From: Mytilus edulis
Taxonomy: Eukaryota
DNA: 64,000 bases
Assembly: GCF_963676685.1 (NCBI RefSeq)
Contig: NC_092350.1
Span: 61,690,001 to 61,754,000 of the forward strand
Direction: 5' to 3'
Made by a program: the position numbers and the translations under genes
In this document: positions 51,269-64,000 of the stretch, piece after piece
How positions within the stretch are numbered: position 1 is the first letter of the stretch
Layout of the letters: each line of letters opens with the position of its first letter
Notes under the pieces: model-generated
Databases searched by the model: none
Told to the model about the DNA's origin: nothing
The model's input: the letters and a program-made list of their open reading frames with translations, nothing else

Positions 51269-52098
51269 CACAGGCACTCGTCTCAGATTTTTTCCCACTA
51301 TATACCTTTGTATAACACAAGGTACTTAACTCGCGATTTTGAAAAATGTCATGCGGTGACGAAATTCCATTAAAAATGCCGTGTCTCGGCTGTCAACCCC
51401 ACTAAAACTTGTTATGCCGTAAATATAAATTGATTTATCTTCACAATGGTGTATAACACGCCTACTGTTGTTGTCGGAAATCGTAATTATTTCGTCAAAA
51501 CAAAATTGGCAATACACGTCTCGCAGTAAATGATTAATTATAAAAATTGTTTCAGAAAAAAACCTGTTAGTTTTTGTATGAATAGAACTTATTATATTGT
51601 TAGTAAAATTGTATAATATACCGTGAAAAAAATTTAACAAGTGTTGTTTATGGTATGTCTAATAAGTTACAGATTTTCTCATGACGTCAATGTCATGGAG
51701 ATTCTCTCTTGACTTTACGTATGAAATGAAACATGATCAGATAACTCCGAGAATCAATTAGACTTTCCCATAGAATTGACCAATCGGAAACCGAGATATA
51801 CAAGGAGACTTGACGCGTTCATTGCCAATTTTTCAGCGGTATGCAAAATTATTACGATTGACATACTTTGGTAGGATTGCTACGGATGATTCCGACAACA
51901 AATGTAGGCATGTTATACACCATTGTAAAGATAAATCAATTTAGATTTACGATATAATAAGTTTTAGTGGGGTTGACAGCCTATAAAGCGGCATATAACG
52001 GACCTTCGTCACCACCTGACATTTTTCTAAAATGCAAGTTAAGTACCTTGTGTTGTATTAAGGTATATAGAAAAAAAATTCTGAGACAAGTGCCTGTG
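51269..52098. mobile_element. Foldback MITE, 830 bp, ~215-bp TIRs, 8-bp TSD (P-element or hAT superfamily)
   Basis: Termini CACAGGCAC...GTGCCTGTG. CTATCAAT duplicated at 51261-51268 and 52099-52106. Arms about 51269-51485 and 51882-52098. Confidence 0.9.
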
Positions 52099-52755
52099 CT
52101 ATCAATGTTAGTAAAATCTATATATAATATACCTCAATCTACACAAAAATCAATTTACATATCAAAATGCAAAATTCGCGAAGCTGAATTCTGTATTTAA
52201 GAAATAAATACAAATTCTGCAGTACAGAAGAGCATTGTTAACGTCACAAACAAGACCGTTCACGGTAACTTACTGTTTATCACAAATGACCATACAGTTA
52301 ATGTAAACTCACAAGGTAAAAATAACAGGAACAGTATAAATAATTATTTATCAGTCTAGGGAGACGAGGTAATTCAAAAGAAAAAAAAACCAAACGAAAC
52401 ACCGTAAATTGGTTTTATCCAGTAAACACTATTTTGAAACTTTTAAAGGGAAATAGTAGTGTCTTTCAGAAAATTTCTTAAATGTTTAAATTTGTGTTTC
52501 AGTGTATTACTCCCCTTTGTTATATGATTGCCTGTTCCTTTGTCTTTCAAGTTTTTCGAATATTTTGCGTGTTATATCGAAGAAGATTAGACCGGATTTG
52601 TTGAGAATATTACATATACACATATTATTATAAACAAATATTTGTTTTTATTCAAACTGATAAGTAATATTTCCAACCAAAACAAAACTTTGTTTACCAG
52701 GGTGAGGGACGACTGATCAATTTAGTTACAATACAACAATTTTGGTTTGTTTTAG

Positions 52756-53032
52756 TCAACCGATAAAATATATTAAAACCAAGAAGGAAGCATCCAAAAT
52801 AAAGACAATGGATTTACAGACACTTACAACTTTACAGCCAGTTTCATTTGAAAATTTTGTCAATTTTGAATGTCACTCTAATCAGTCTACCTTCGTGTGT
52901 AACTGTTTCCATGGTTCAGTCATGCTGTCATCTTCCACAAACGTTTGCAACTTTGTAACATACAAATTAAAAAGTTTAAATGATCCCTGTCCTGTATCAA
53001 CCAAAACATACACTTCTTTTCGAAACTACTAA
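52756..53032 (+). CDS. Possible terminal exon of a small Cys-containing (divergent PAN-like?) protein
   Basis: tttgttttag acceptor, then open frame QPIKYIKTKK...LTTLQPVSFENFVNFECHS...VCNCF...STNVCNFVTY...DPCP...RNY*. Resemblance to PAN spacing is weak. Confidence 0.3.
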
Positions 53033-53094
53033 AAATGACCAATGAAAATCATGATTTACTAGTACTTGACATTATGATAATTAAAGTATTTTAA

Positions 53095-53873
53095 GGATGT
53101 ATTCTTCTGACTTTTCAGTCTCGTTCAGTCTCGTTGAAATCTCGTTCTTGAATTATTTCCAAAACATGTGATAGAAGTGGAAAATATCATTGAATTTTTA
53201 AAATATTATAAGCAAACATAAATCTGTGAAAAAATTGTGTATTTACAATGAATGGTTTTTGCGTAATCCAGTTTTCAAATTTTACGACCAATCAAGACAG
53301 TATTTTTAGCAAAATTTTTGAGAAAATGGGTGAGGAATACAAAAAACGATTTTACAAGAATCATGTACATCCCATATCATTTTGGTCTTTTCAAATTTCT
53401 TAGATATGGTTTTTTTCCATTCATTTATAACAAAAAAGTTGAAATAATATGCATTTTGTTCTTAAAACTGAGAAAAATCACAAAAATACAAAATTGACAG
53501 CATGGTAAATTTGACACAAAAAAGCGTCAAAATATAATAAAACTTTCTTATATTAACACCTACCTATAGTTTTTGTAAGTAAAAATTATTCAAATTGGTC
53601 TACTTCATCTTTATAGAACGTATGAGAAAAAGTTTAATTGTTGAAGTGTTATTTTTTTTCATGATAATAGCTCAAAAATAGGTAAAAATCGATGAAAAAG
53701 GGGAAAATCATCAAAATTAGGCATTTTCAAAGGGCCGTGGCAAAAAAAGAAGTGCACCACCATATGATTTTTTCTTCACCAATTATTTTGTTACAGTCTT
53801 ATAAACCCAAAAAATCAGGTTAAGAAAAAAAGTTTAAATCTAGAAATGTTTGGCTCCTCAGAGGAGTACATCC
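53095..53873. mobile_element. Kolobok-type MITE (TTAA TSD)
   Basis: TTAA GGATGTATTCTTCTGA ... TCAGAGGAGTACATCC TTAA. 16-bp TIR with 2 mismatches, GG/CC termini. Confidence 0.85.
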
Positions 53874-54842
53874 TTAAGTCTCTGAAAACTGATACGGATT
53901 TTCTTTACGAACGTAGCAAACCTCAACCATATAATTATACGACGCACAAAAGTTGAAGATTTACTAGCCGGTAAACTTGCACGTGATACCGGGGTAGTTA
54001 TGTTCTGAAAGTTGCATCAATAGGGTCATTTCTGAAAAAAAATTGAATGATGTGTTAAAACATAAAATTATGAAAACCAACACTGTCAATGAAATTCTTT
54101 AAGTGACTTCCCAAAAGTAGCGAACTTGAATATAAATTAAAATATCAGTTGCATCGATCGTTACTTGAACACCCTAATGGGGAATACAAATAACATAGCG
54201 GACTTTACAACAAAGCTGTAACATCCATATCAGAAGACAAAACAAAATTGAACGATGTAATTAAAATATACATCTAGATTACCAAATCTCAAAAAATCAA
54301 ATGAAAATAGCTAGATGTGAAAATATATTTAAATTTTGTAAAACGCTGTAGAAAATGATTTGATCGAGAAATAAAAACTTAACATCCGAAGTTACACAAT
54401 CGTTGCAGATATTCATCGATTAAGCGAATTAACTAGCCGACTTAAAGCAAGGTCAGCAACAACGTGTCAAGGACGCTATTAGAAGCTTCGATCAAAGATT
54501 TACCACAGGATGTTCCAACAAAAACAATCATCAATAAAAGTAAAACTGAAGTTAAAACTTACACAAAACTTCTGTACATACTCTACTTTGACTTTTGGTT
54601 TTCTACAGGTTTTAATTTGAACACTGCATATTTTTTTGTTTTACTAATATAGTTTTTAGGTTAATTCTCTAGAAGATGAACCTTAGAGATCAAATCTAGG
54701 AACCAATACGTACACATAATGCATTGTGTTTGATGTTGCGTATCAATGATATAAAGGATTAAAGATTGATTGGTGGATGTGCACTCAAAGCAAAGGTTGA
54801 GCTTCCTAATGAAAAGCCTTAAGATAATAATCCGGAATTTAA

Positions 54843-55403
54843 GGGGACTCTAGGGTATACATTAATTTCTTTTTCTATTATAGGATTTCGCTATATTTTT
54901 CCATAAATGAACTTTATCATATACTTAATAGAAAAATGAAATAAAAAAATGGGGTCACCGTTCATTTAAGCTCACAATCTGCCTCCGAAAGAAGCATACA
55001 TTTTTGTTAATGTCCTTTTCTGTTGAACTGATAGGAGAAATAGAGGTAATATCGAAACAAAAGAAAAAGAACTAAACTAGAGAAATCGCTTAAATTTTTC
55101 AATTATTTAGTTTATTTATAGCTTATTAGAACACAATGATAAAAATATAGGTCACCGATGAGTTAAAAAAGACATTTCAACTGCAATGCCAAAAATGGCA
55201 TTTTTGCATCAAAGGGAGATAAATTGGAGCTTTTTCAATGATAGAAACATTTTAAAAGTCATCTGGGCCAGTCTAAATCAATTGTTTTAGTTGATTTGTG
55301 TACCATATCATAAAGTTATAACTAATAGTGTAAAAAATCAAATTTTCAATGAAAAAACAAATGTTTAATTTTTTGCTGAATTTTTTTTTAACCGCGAGCC
55401 TTC
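54843..55403. mobile_element. Kolobok-type MITE (TTAA TSD), second family
   Basis: TTAA GGGGACTCTAGGGT ... ACCGCGAGCCTTC TTAA, imperfect TIR. Confidence 0.65.
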
Positions 55404-56109
55404 TTAAACATCTCTAAATTACGGTGGCCTCGTTCAGTAAATTAGTGTCCGATCTTACGGGAAAATTAATAAATGTCACGACAAGAAAACGTTTGCAAAT
55501 GCCATAAAAAGCAACCTAGGCGAACAATACATTGACTTTGACATGTGTGAACCTGTCCGTCAAGCCCATGGGATCTTGTGTACAAAAAACATATATGAAT
55601 AGTGTGAATATATAAATCAATCAACTGAAAATTAAGTTTATCTACTGATATCATTTGTTCCGATTCGTGCACCTATACATACGGTAAGTAACAATAATCG
55701 AAAACGGTTGTTCTACCTCAGATTCGAATCATAAAACTTCAGACTGAAATGACATGCCTCAGTTTGAACAAGTTAAAATATTCCTTAACAAAAGTAAAAC
55801 TGAAGTTTAAACGTACACTTTAATTCTGTACAACCTCTAAATTGTTCTGCATATTTCAATTTGACCTCTTTGCATATGTGTTTTTACTGATAGCGTGATA
55901 AAGAATTTATCAAATATTAGAAGCTGCAAATTGTCATTTAATATCGGTTAATATAGAAATCTAGACATCAAATCGTTTAGCAAACTATGCTGATTCATAA
56001 AGTATGTGTCTTCCATTGCTCCAAGTGACAGATGCTTGTTCTTCTATATCAGTAGTAATACAACATCATTTGCACCCAGCTAATAGTAATGCTTGTAGCT
56101 TAAAAATAT

Positions 56110-56210
56110 AAACTGACAACGCCATGGCTAAAAAAAAAAAAAAAAAGACAAACAGACAAATAAAAGTACACATGACACAACATAGAAAACTAAAGACTAA
56201 GCAACACGAT
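56110..56210 (-). repeat. Short Penelope-tail fragment
   Basis: aaactgacaacgccatggctaaaaa...catagaaaactaaagactaagcaacacga, as in 50023-50125. Confidence 0.8.
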
Positions 56211-56867
56211 AACATATAGAATATAAAATGCTTTAAAATAAACGCCTTTTAAATGTTTTTAATAAAAATTCTTTTAGAATACTTTGGTCTGAAAAAAATA
56301 ATTGTTTACATAGTATTTCCTCAAATATTTCTTCAAATAATTGAAAACTGTTCTGCACTGAAATTGTAATTAAATTTCGAATATAAAGTTTTTAATTACA
56401 GAATCGAAAAATATAAACGTCTATTAATTACATCGCTTGTTGTTTAATTATCAATTATACAATGCTGATTAATAAACATTTTGTACACTATTTCAATAAC
56501 ATTTCTGTAGAAAAAGTTTTGTATTAAAGAGAATTTTGACACAATTTTAATCAAATATTGGTTCAAATAATCAACGAAAATCTGTAATTACATTGTAATT
56601 AAATTTATTGAATTATTGTTTTAATTGCAAAATCGAAACTTTAAAAGCCTAATACTTATCATGCCCAGTGTTCAACATTCATCTTGCTAGATACTGATCA
56701 AATACAGACATTGGTCTTTTAAATATTTCTTGTAGTTAATTGCATGTTCTTGTGTTTTAAGCATTGTTTATTCAATTATTGTAGGAGAGTATTTCAGGTA
56801 ACCCACGCGATTCATTTCATTTTAAAAGAACCTCCTTGAATCTAACGTTGCAATTCGTGAAACAATC

Positions 56868-56924
56868 ATGTTCCTGATGCTGCTGAGCTTGTTGATGTGT
56901 GTTTATTCGGTAGAATCAGTAAAG
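56868..56924 (+). CDS. First coding exon of a secreted protein (signal peptide); rest of gene not identified
   Basis: ATG...AAG|gtaata encodes MFLMLLSLLMCVYSVESVK: hydrophobic core with small residues (VYS/VES) suited to cleavage, phase-0 donor. Upstream acceptor-like ttcattttaaaag and a possible 13-nt UTR exon at 56785-56797. Confidence 0.6.
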
Positions 56925-57154
56925 GTAATATATTTTTAGTCTAACTTATATATACTAATAATCAATATATTTATAAACAAAAGCCTGACATCCACAGTTA
57001 ACAAATTGTACGCACATTAATTTCATATTGTGATAATTTCTCTATTGTTCAATATAAATTTATTTATTCATAATTTCGGCGTATAAGACCTTATAGAATA
57101 ATCTGTAGGTGAAAAACATTTTTTTTATTGCAATATTTAATCGAAATCTTTATA

Positions 57155-57362
57155 CTGTGGATTCATTTATTGTCGTGGGTACTAATTTTCGTGAAAAAAG
57201 GAACGCTGAAACTTTCGTTAATATTTAATATCGTGGTTTTGTTAAAGTCTGAATACAAGCGAATGGAAAATTTCCATTTTGTTGAACATTTAAATTCGTG
57301 GTTAACCTGTACCCACAAAATCCACGAAAATTTGTATCCAAAGAAAATTAGTGAATCCACAG
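57155..57362. mobile_element. Tc1/mariner-type MITE
   Basis: TA CTGTGGATTCA ... TGAATCCACAG; 11-bp perfect TIR, 208 bp. Confidence 0.75.
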
Positions 57363-57639
57363 TTACTAATAATATCATCTAGCATGCAAATGGAGTGTCC
57401 AAATTTATAAATATAGAAAAGATTTTAAATATATCAAATAAGTAGTGTCAATCAAGGCCATAAAACCATCATAAAGAGGAAATAAAAAAAATTACCCAAA
57501 AATGTGGACAATTTAGCAAAGTCGAACAGTTTATATAGATGATGTTTCCTTGCATGTGAACAATTTACTTGGTCTTTGTTTTAATTTTCTTATGTTATTA
57601 ATTTAAACTATACACTTTTAAATATAACATAAAAAAACG

Positions 57640-60620
57640 GGGTATTAATAATGATCGCAAGCAACTCATAGGATACATCAAATACAACAAAAAAACATAT
57701 TTTAAGGATAGAAAAGGACCATATCTAAACATGTAATAGACGTCTTAAATTTTGACAATTTAAAAATAGAATTAAAGAAATATACTGAGAATCAAGTGAA
57801 TAATCAAAAAATCTTTATTTTGATTTGAAAGGAAATCAAGAATCGTGTGTTTATTCTGCAAATAGTTTATTCGACAAATAATAAATGAAACTGTTCTATC
57901 AAGTTACTGAAAAAAGGAATAGTGTTAACATGAGGTAAAGGTTTACTAGATGGTCGTCATTTTGTTTCATTTGAATAAGTGGTCATTGCATTTGATAAAC
58001 TTCGCCGAGTCTCTTGTGGACAGTTGTCTTATTGGCAATCATACCACATCTTCTTTTTTATATTCGCCGAGTATGTTTGGTTAACATATTTTTGGTACAT
58101 ATTTTCACGTCAAATGTTGTTAAAGTTTGTTCATATTATAACACTTCATAAGGCATGCAAAGACACGAATTTGATGATAAAAATTCGTTTCAAATAGTAT
58201 TGAATTGATCCTACCAAAACTGAGTAAAGAAGGCCAGACTGGATATGTAAAGAATAGATTGATTGTTTTTAATCTTAGACAGATACAAGATATTAATGAT
58301 TTCACTGATTTGTACAAAATGAAAGGGGCTATAGTTTTAGTTGATTTTTCTAAAGCGTTTGAATTTTTAGAATGGAATTTTAGGTTATCAGTTTAAAAAA
58401 AAAAACCGGATTTAACGATTCTGTCATAAGATGAGTTCAGACTTTATATAGCGATATTCAAACATGTGTTATGAAAAGTGGTTGGATATGTGATAGTTTC
58501 AAAAAAAAAAAAATCATGAGTATACGTCAAGAATGTCCTTTGTCGGCATTATTTTTTTTATCGGTGGAAATCATGGCGTCAAGATTAAGAAACAATAACG
58601 ATTTTAAATTTATCAAAATCAAATCATATTGCACATATCATAGCAGACGACACCATGTTATTTTGCTGTTCTTATTATGACGTTCAATTAGCTCTGAACG
58701 AAATGAAAACATTGGTTACAAAACTAAAACTAAGGGGATATAGGTAGGAAACCCCAAATCATGAATAGACAAAATTGAGGGAATCAATTGGAGCTATGGA
58801 CCAGTTAAAGCTCTGGGCATATACTTTGGGCATTGTAGAGAGGTTTGTGAAAAACTGATTTGAGAAAAGAAAATTGAAAAGATTAATACATTATGTTCTT
58901 CTTGGCAGAAAAAAAGAAAGCTTTTTATCTTTAGATTTTTTTTTAATTAAAAACACTAATTGTGCCTATTTTAACATGTTTAACTTTTGTGGGAATTGCC
59001 TGTATAGTTCCAGAGAAATATTTGTTTGGGATAATAAACAAGATAAAGTAAAAAGAAATTCAATCATTGGTCCATATGAAAAGGGGGGATTATATATGAT
59101 AGATATAAGAAGTTATATCACTGCTTCAAAAGCTATGCGGTTTCCACGACTAGTAGCTGATTGTGAAGGAGGTTTGAAAATTATACCTCAGTACTATTCT
59201 AATGTCTTTGGGTCACACTGGTGAGTGTATAACAAACAGTGGGGATAAGCTTTACGAAAGCCTTGAAAACATCACAGATTTTATAAAATTATTCTTAAAA
59301 GTTAGAAATTAACTGGTGGAGGTCTAACGAAAAAACCCAAAAACATTAACAGATATAAGAAAACAAATATTAAGCAAAAATAATTCCATTAAAATACAGT
59401 TTAAAAAAATGGATAAAAAGCGATCTGATTTATATAAAGGAAATCATAGATGAAAAGAATGCATTTCTCAAGACATCATTTTAAGTAAACTACAAAATAA
59501 ATCAAACTTCATAGCTGCAATTAATTTGGTAAAGAAATCAATACCAACAGACTGGGCAGCAATCTTAAAATTAGGACAGTCTGTAAAAGGTACTGTTAAA
59601 ATAAAAAGAAACAATGAAATACGAATCACTTGCAATGTCAGCTCCTCTCTTTACTCTGACATCTTGTAAGGATCTTTTCCATTTTCCATTGATCATAATG
59701 TGGTCTATTTGATTTTTGTCTCTTCCATTTGGCGAGTTCCAAGTTAGCTTGTGAATGTCTTTGTGTGGGAAGACGGTTCCACCAATAACTAAGTTATTAA
59801 TTCCACAAAAGTCAGCCAGAAGTTCTCCATTTTCATTCATTTGCCCACATCCATATTTAACCATTACTCTTTCATTTCCTGTATTATCGTTGCCAAATAT
59901 AGATAATGTATTATATACAAACTATGTATGTAAATTCTTATTTGAATATTTAAAAAAATATAAACTTAAAATTTTATGATGGATGTTGCAACAACATATT
60001 CTACCTACAAAGAAACTTTTATAACTGTAGGTAGAAAATTTAAAACAATAGTTTTTGTAACTTTTGCAGATAAGAAGAAGATCAATAACACTTTTTGTAT
60101 ACTTTGTCCTCATTTGGAATGTTTAAGGAAGACAATAAATGAAGTAAAATAACTTTCAAGGTAAAATTTAGACATTTGGTATTTCGTTATAAAACGTTTG
60201 ACGAAAAATATTTTGAATTTAACTATATCTTAACAATTGTTTTTGTTTAAATATCAACAAAACAGATTACATATCGGGAAAAAAAAAATAAATTGCCAGT
60301 GTTTTCTCAAATTTTCTTAATCTGTTCAATAAAGAATATGTTTGACCATTAACAGTATTGTTTTAGCAACAGTTAGAAAACATATGAATAACCGTTATGA
60401 GTTAAATTATGTATAATATATATTTAATGGAATATGATTTTTTGAAACTAATGAATTCCCTGAGTGATAAGTGGAATGTAACTGGGAAGATCAGGAGGAT
60501 CTAGGGCTCCTGAAGGATACTGTTACAAACCATGATTTGAAATAAATATTTAACTATGTTGTCCTGTCCATGTCTCTAAAACGTATCAATAACATCTTAT
60601 TGGAAATAAAAATTTACATT
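57640..60620 (+). mobile_element. Decayed Tx1/L1-clade non-LTR retrotransposon ORF2
   Basis: QTGYVKNR..FNLRQIQD, VLVDFSKAF..LEWNF, IRQECPLSAL, ADDT, KALGIYFG, EKGGLYMIDI, and a C-terminal HILPTKKLL..FCNFC..HFL zinc-knuckle region. Many stops and frameshifts; ends approximate. Confidence 0.85.
59625..59896 (-). mobile_element. Internal AP-endonuclease fragment of an RTE-clade LINE, inverted inside the Tx1 element
   Basis: Open frame GNDNTGNERVMVKYGCGQMNENGELLADFCGINNLVIGGTVFPHKDIHKLTWNSPNGRDKNQIDHIMINGKWKRSLQDVRVKRGADIASD, with typical RTE APE motifs TW.SP, NQIDH and GAD..SD. Confidence 0.9.
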
Positions 60621-61804
60621 TTTAATTGTTAGTTTCGGAAAGATGTCTGACATAAGGGTTTTCAAATGTTGTTTTTTAGAAGACAATCACGTGCAATCAA
60701 TGAGACATATGTGAGATGTTAGTCATTATGACTTAAATGTGAAATATTTCTACCTAGATTCCAAAACAAACAACATCAAAGAGTTTTGTACTGTTTTTGT
60801 ACATAAACAATTACATGATAACTACAATGTGCGTGATCAAAGTAATGAACAAAAGTACTTTTATCATGTTTATCAAATTATTTTTTTTCTAAAACTTTTA
60901 TAGTTGAAGAAATAATGTCACTTTTTGTATTTATCTAAAGTCTATGACAATTGCGATTTATCTCATTATAATTTGATGATTTTAAAAAAGAAGAACAGTA
61001 TGCACAAAATACAAACTATGTTTTTCAAATTATTATTATTTAACCGCTTTACACGAGGCAATTACCAAAAAGAAAAAAATGTTGTATACCAGTATATCAA
61101 ATTAATACCTCTCGTTTGAAATTTAATGTATTGCCACTTTCTTTCAATTATAAGAAAAATAAACGATATTTCATATGTTCAGGTCTATTTAAATTTGGTG
61201 GTTTTAAGCGTTTTTTTTATGAAAACAATTCCAGACGTATTAAAAAAGTAATATAACAAAAATACCGAACTCCGAGGAAATTCCAAAATGGAAAGTTTAT
61301 AAACAAATGGCAAAGTCAAAAGCTTAAACACACCAAACTATTGAATAACAACTGTTATATTGCTGACCTTGTAAATGCATCTTGAATCATAATTTGAAAA
61401 GCGTAACTTCTATTTCCGTTATGGTATAACGTTATATATGTGACATTGAAACAACCTGCAATGACTGATGTGCTCGTTTTGCAATGACTGATGTGCTCGT
61501 TTTGGTGTTAATAATACTGAAATACTAATACTTAAAATTGAACGACTTAAATTGAGAAAGTTTTTCACTCCCCCTTTAGAAATAGACCACTATATATGAA
61601 ATCTGTTTAGTTAAGAGTTATTGTTTGTTAAAATGCATCAGCATTATTCTGTGAATTCGACACCAACAAGATTGGTTCTACGTAATGTAAATTGTTCTAA
61701 AAATTAAACACATCAAAAGTTATCTAAAAACATCTGTCGTCACAAGGACGGGCAAAATATGCAGTCTGTTATTCGCATCAATCCATTAATGAACAAGAAG
61801 TAAT

Positions 61805-61963
61805 GCTAGGAATTTTTGGTTCTCAATGCTCTTCAACTTCGTACTCTATTTGGCCTTTTAAACGTTTTTTGATTCGTGCGTCACTGATGAGTCTTTTGTA
61901 GACGAAACGCGCGTCTGGCGTAAATATAATAATTTAAATCCTGGTATCTATGAAGAGTTTATT
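61805..61963 (+). mobile_element. Retrozyme-like fragment
   Basis: Matches 27665-27820 and the reverse complement of 5481-5625. Confidence 0.85.
61878..61921 (+). ncRNA. Type I hammerhead ribozyme, intact core
   Basis: GCGTCA CTGATGA GTC-TTTTGTA-GAC GAAAC GCGC GTC TGGCGT. 6-bp stem I (two G-U). Predicted cleavage after 61915. Confidence 0.9.
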
Positions 61964-62687
61964 ATTGAGTGTCAAAATGCGCATCTTGTCCCCCAAAACT
62001 GGTACTGTTTATGTTATTTCATCCTGCAATTAGGTGTCTCATCATACTAACACAGCCAACATATATCGATAAGCTGTATATTTACACTGTAAAGATATCG
62101 CGTCAAAGCTCCTCCCACTGCCGGACTACGTTTATGAACCTGCGTGACCTCATAATCTGTATTTCTGTCATATTTCTATTTCAATAAACTATAGATTAAT
62201 TTACGTTCTGTTTGTTTTCAAACATTTATTTAGAGCAATAAGAATGAAATCGATTTTCTTCTAACAAACAGACATGAACTGCAAGATAAACTCCATTCAC
62301 TATGGCGCCAATTATCGAGTTTAAAACTTGAATGTGTATATATGTAACATAAACTGAACCGTGTAGATAATGTCGATCTTAGCATGATAATGTCAAATTC
62401 AGTTTAAAATTCTGAAGCATAGAACATCTCAGACGTTTTTGTTTTAAATATGACAATGTTTTACAATTGATTTTTACTATTGACATAAGTTGTTTTTTTA
62501 GAATATTTTATCGTTTGCATTTAGAATTGCGTTATTGTTGACCATTTGAGATTATTTCTGCCAAACCGTCTTCAACTGAAAATGTGATTTGAATACTACT
62601 ACGCGATCCTCAAAGGATTTTAAATCGTATATAAATGAGTTTTTCAGTCTTTAAAATCACAACCAATATGTAGAATGTATTGCAGGA

Positions 62688-62885
62688 TAAAATTGAGAAT
62701 GGAAATGGGGAATGTGTCAAAGAGACAACAACCCGACCAAATTAAAAACAACAGCAGAGTGTCACCAATAGGTCTTCAATGTAGCGAGAAATTCCCGCAC
62801 CCGGAGGCGTCCTTCAGCTGGCCCCTAAACAAATATATACTAGTCCAGTGATAATGAACGTAATACTAATTTCCAAATTGTACAG
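62688..62885 (-). repeat. Interspersed repeat (…tctttgacacattccccatttccattctcaattttat family)
   Basis: Starts ataaaattgagaatggaaatggggaatgtgtcaaagagacaacaacccga, the reverse complement of 17587-17636. Confidence 0.85.
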
Positions 62886-64000
62886 TTAAAAGTGTCTTTA
62901 GTTATCATCTGATTTTTACTTGGCTCGAAACAGGCTCTGAACAACCAACCTGGTTACCATAGCAACTGGTGCTATTCAAATATCGCTTGCGAATCTTCAA
63001 ATTTATGCGCCTGGTAAACCACATTGAACTACACCAAAAATAAAACACATTTCTTTTGTGATGGTAAAGAAATAAACTTTCCACTAGTAGCTGTTCCTTT
63101 TTGAAATTTGACCTTATGTATTAAAAAATACCTAAATTAACATATTATACTATCTTGCTTATGCCATATACAAAATTCATTATCAATAGTTTAGGGAATT
63201 TAAAAAAAAAAGAGAAACAGAATATCGGTATTCATCAGCATTCAAAGAATAAATAAGCAAAGTTTTAAAGTACTAACAGCTAGATTAAAGCAAATAAAAA
63301 TCATGCATATAAAACTTAAATTTCAATAAGTAGACTTCCGACATTCATTTAAGATAGTAAAAAAAAATGTATGCCAAAGTGCATTTTCAAAATCTACCTT
63401 CGTAAATAGTACAAAATAGTCAGCATTTTATATTCATATGTTTGAATTAATTATAATATGGAGAATGGCAAATGGTGGCCAAACAACTGATTATATTCTA
63501 TCTTAATTATTTGTATTTATACGTAATACTGATCAAATTGGACATAGAGATAAACAACAACACATCCCTTGAAATATTGACAAAAAGTATTGTTGAAAGA
63601 CTTCATTTTCTTAAATTTTTTAGCCAACCTTATTTTGAATTATCAATTGTTTAAGTTTGTTTTCTGTATTTTGTTGTATGTTCGAAATTTTAAGGTGACA
63701 ACTATTCTGATTTTTTTTAAGTATACATACACGAACTTTAACTATAATGACACGTGTGGAGTTTTCTTGATTTACAATCAATCATCTAGACACAGTCATG
63801 AAATTTTAGTAAAGCTGTAATGTACACAATTTCTTTGTATTTACGTTATGTACCACACACATGTACGGAAAAGTTTGATTTGAAAATCTTTTTTTTTAAT
63901 TATTAGTTTAGGAAACATTCAATCCTTGCCTTTTTCAACTTATACTTCCTCAGATTGCATTAAAAACATAGAAGATTGAGTATATTGATCTAGTTTTTTT

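Overview
AT-rich eukaryotic genomic DNA with spliceosomal GT-AG introns and no prokaryotic features. The repeat content and gene types look like a bivalve, most like Mytilus; this is inferred from recalled repeat families, not searched. Most ORFs in the supplied track are spurious. Genes: (i) a local cluster of at least four paralogues of a spliced WSC-domain + PAN/Apple-like-domain gene (terminal exon at 1-158; an orphan WSC exon at 18844-19004; an intact three-exon minus-strand copy at 22604-25044; a copy with one nonsense codon at 44190-46212); (ii) a B-box/coiled-coil/beta-propeller TRIM-like pseudogene (about 2290-3521, minus); (iii) a signal-peptide exon at 56868-56924. The rest is dense with mobile DNA: Penelope-like RT fragments, a decayed Tx1/L1 element containing an inverted RTE endonuclease fragment, SINEs, a HINE, and MITEs with clear TIR/TSD. 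The most interesting layer is non-coding. There are type I hammerhead ribozymes, including a 364-nt retrozyme-like unit. Several decayed copies of an apparent circularly permuted (P5-type) twister ribozyme sit in the 3' tails of Penelope-associated repeats. A third covarying structured motif lies just 3' of the Penelope RT stop.
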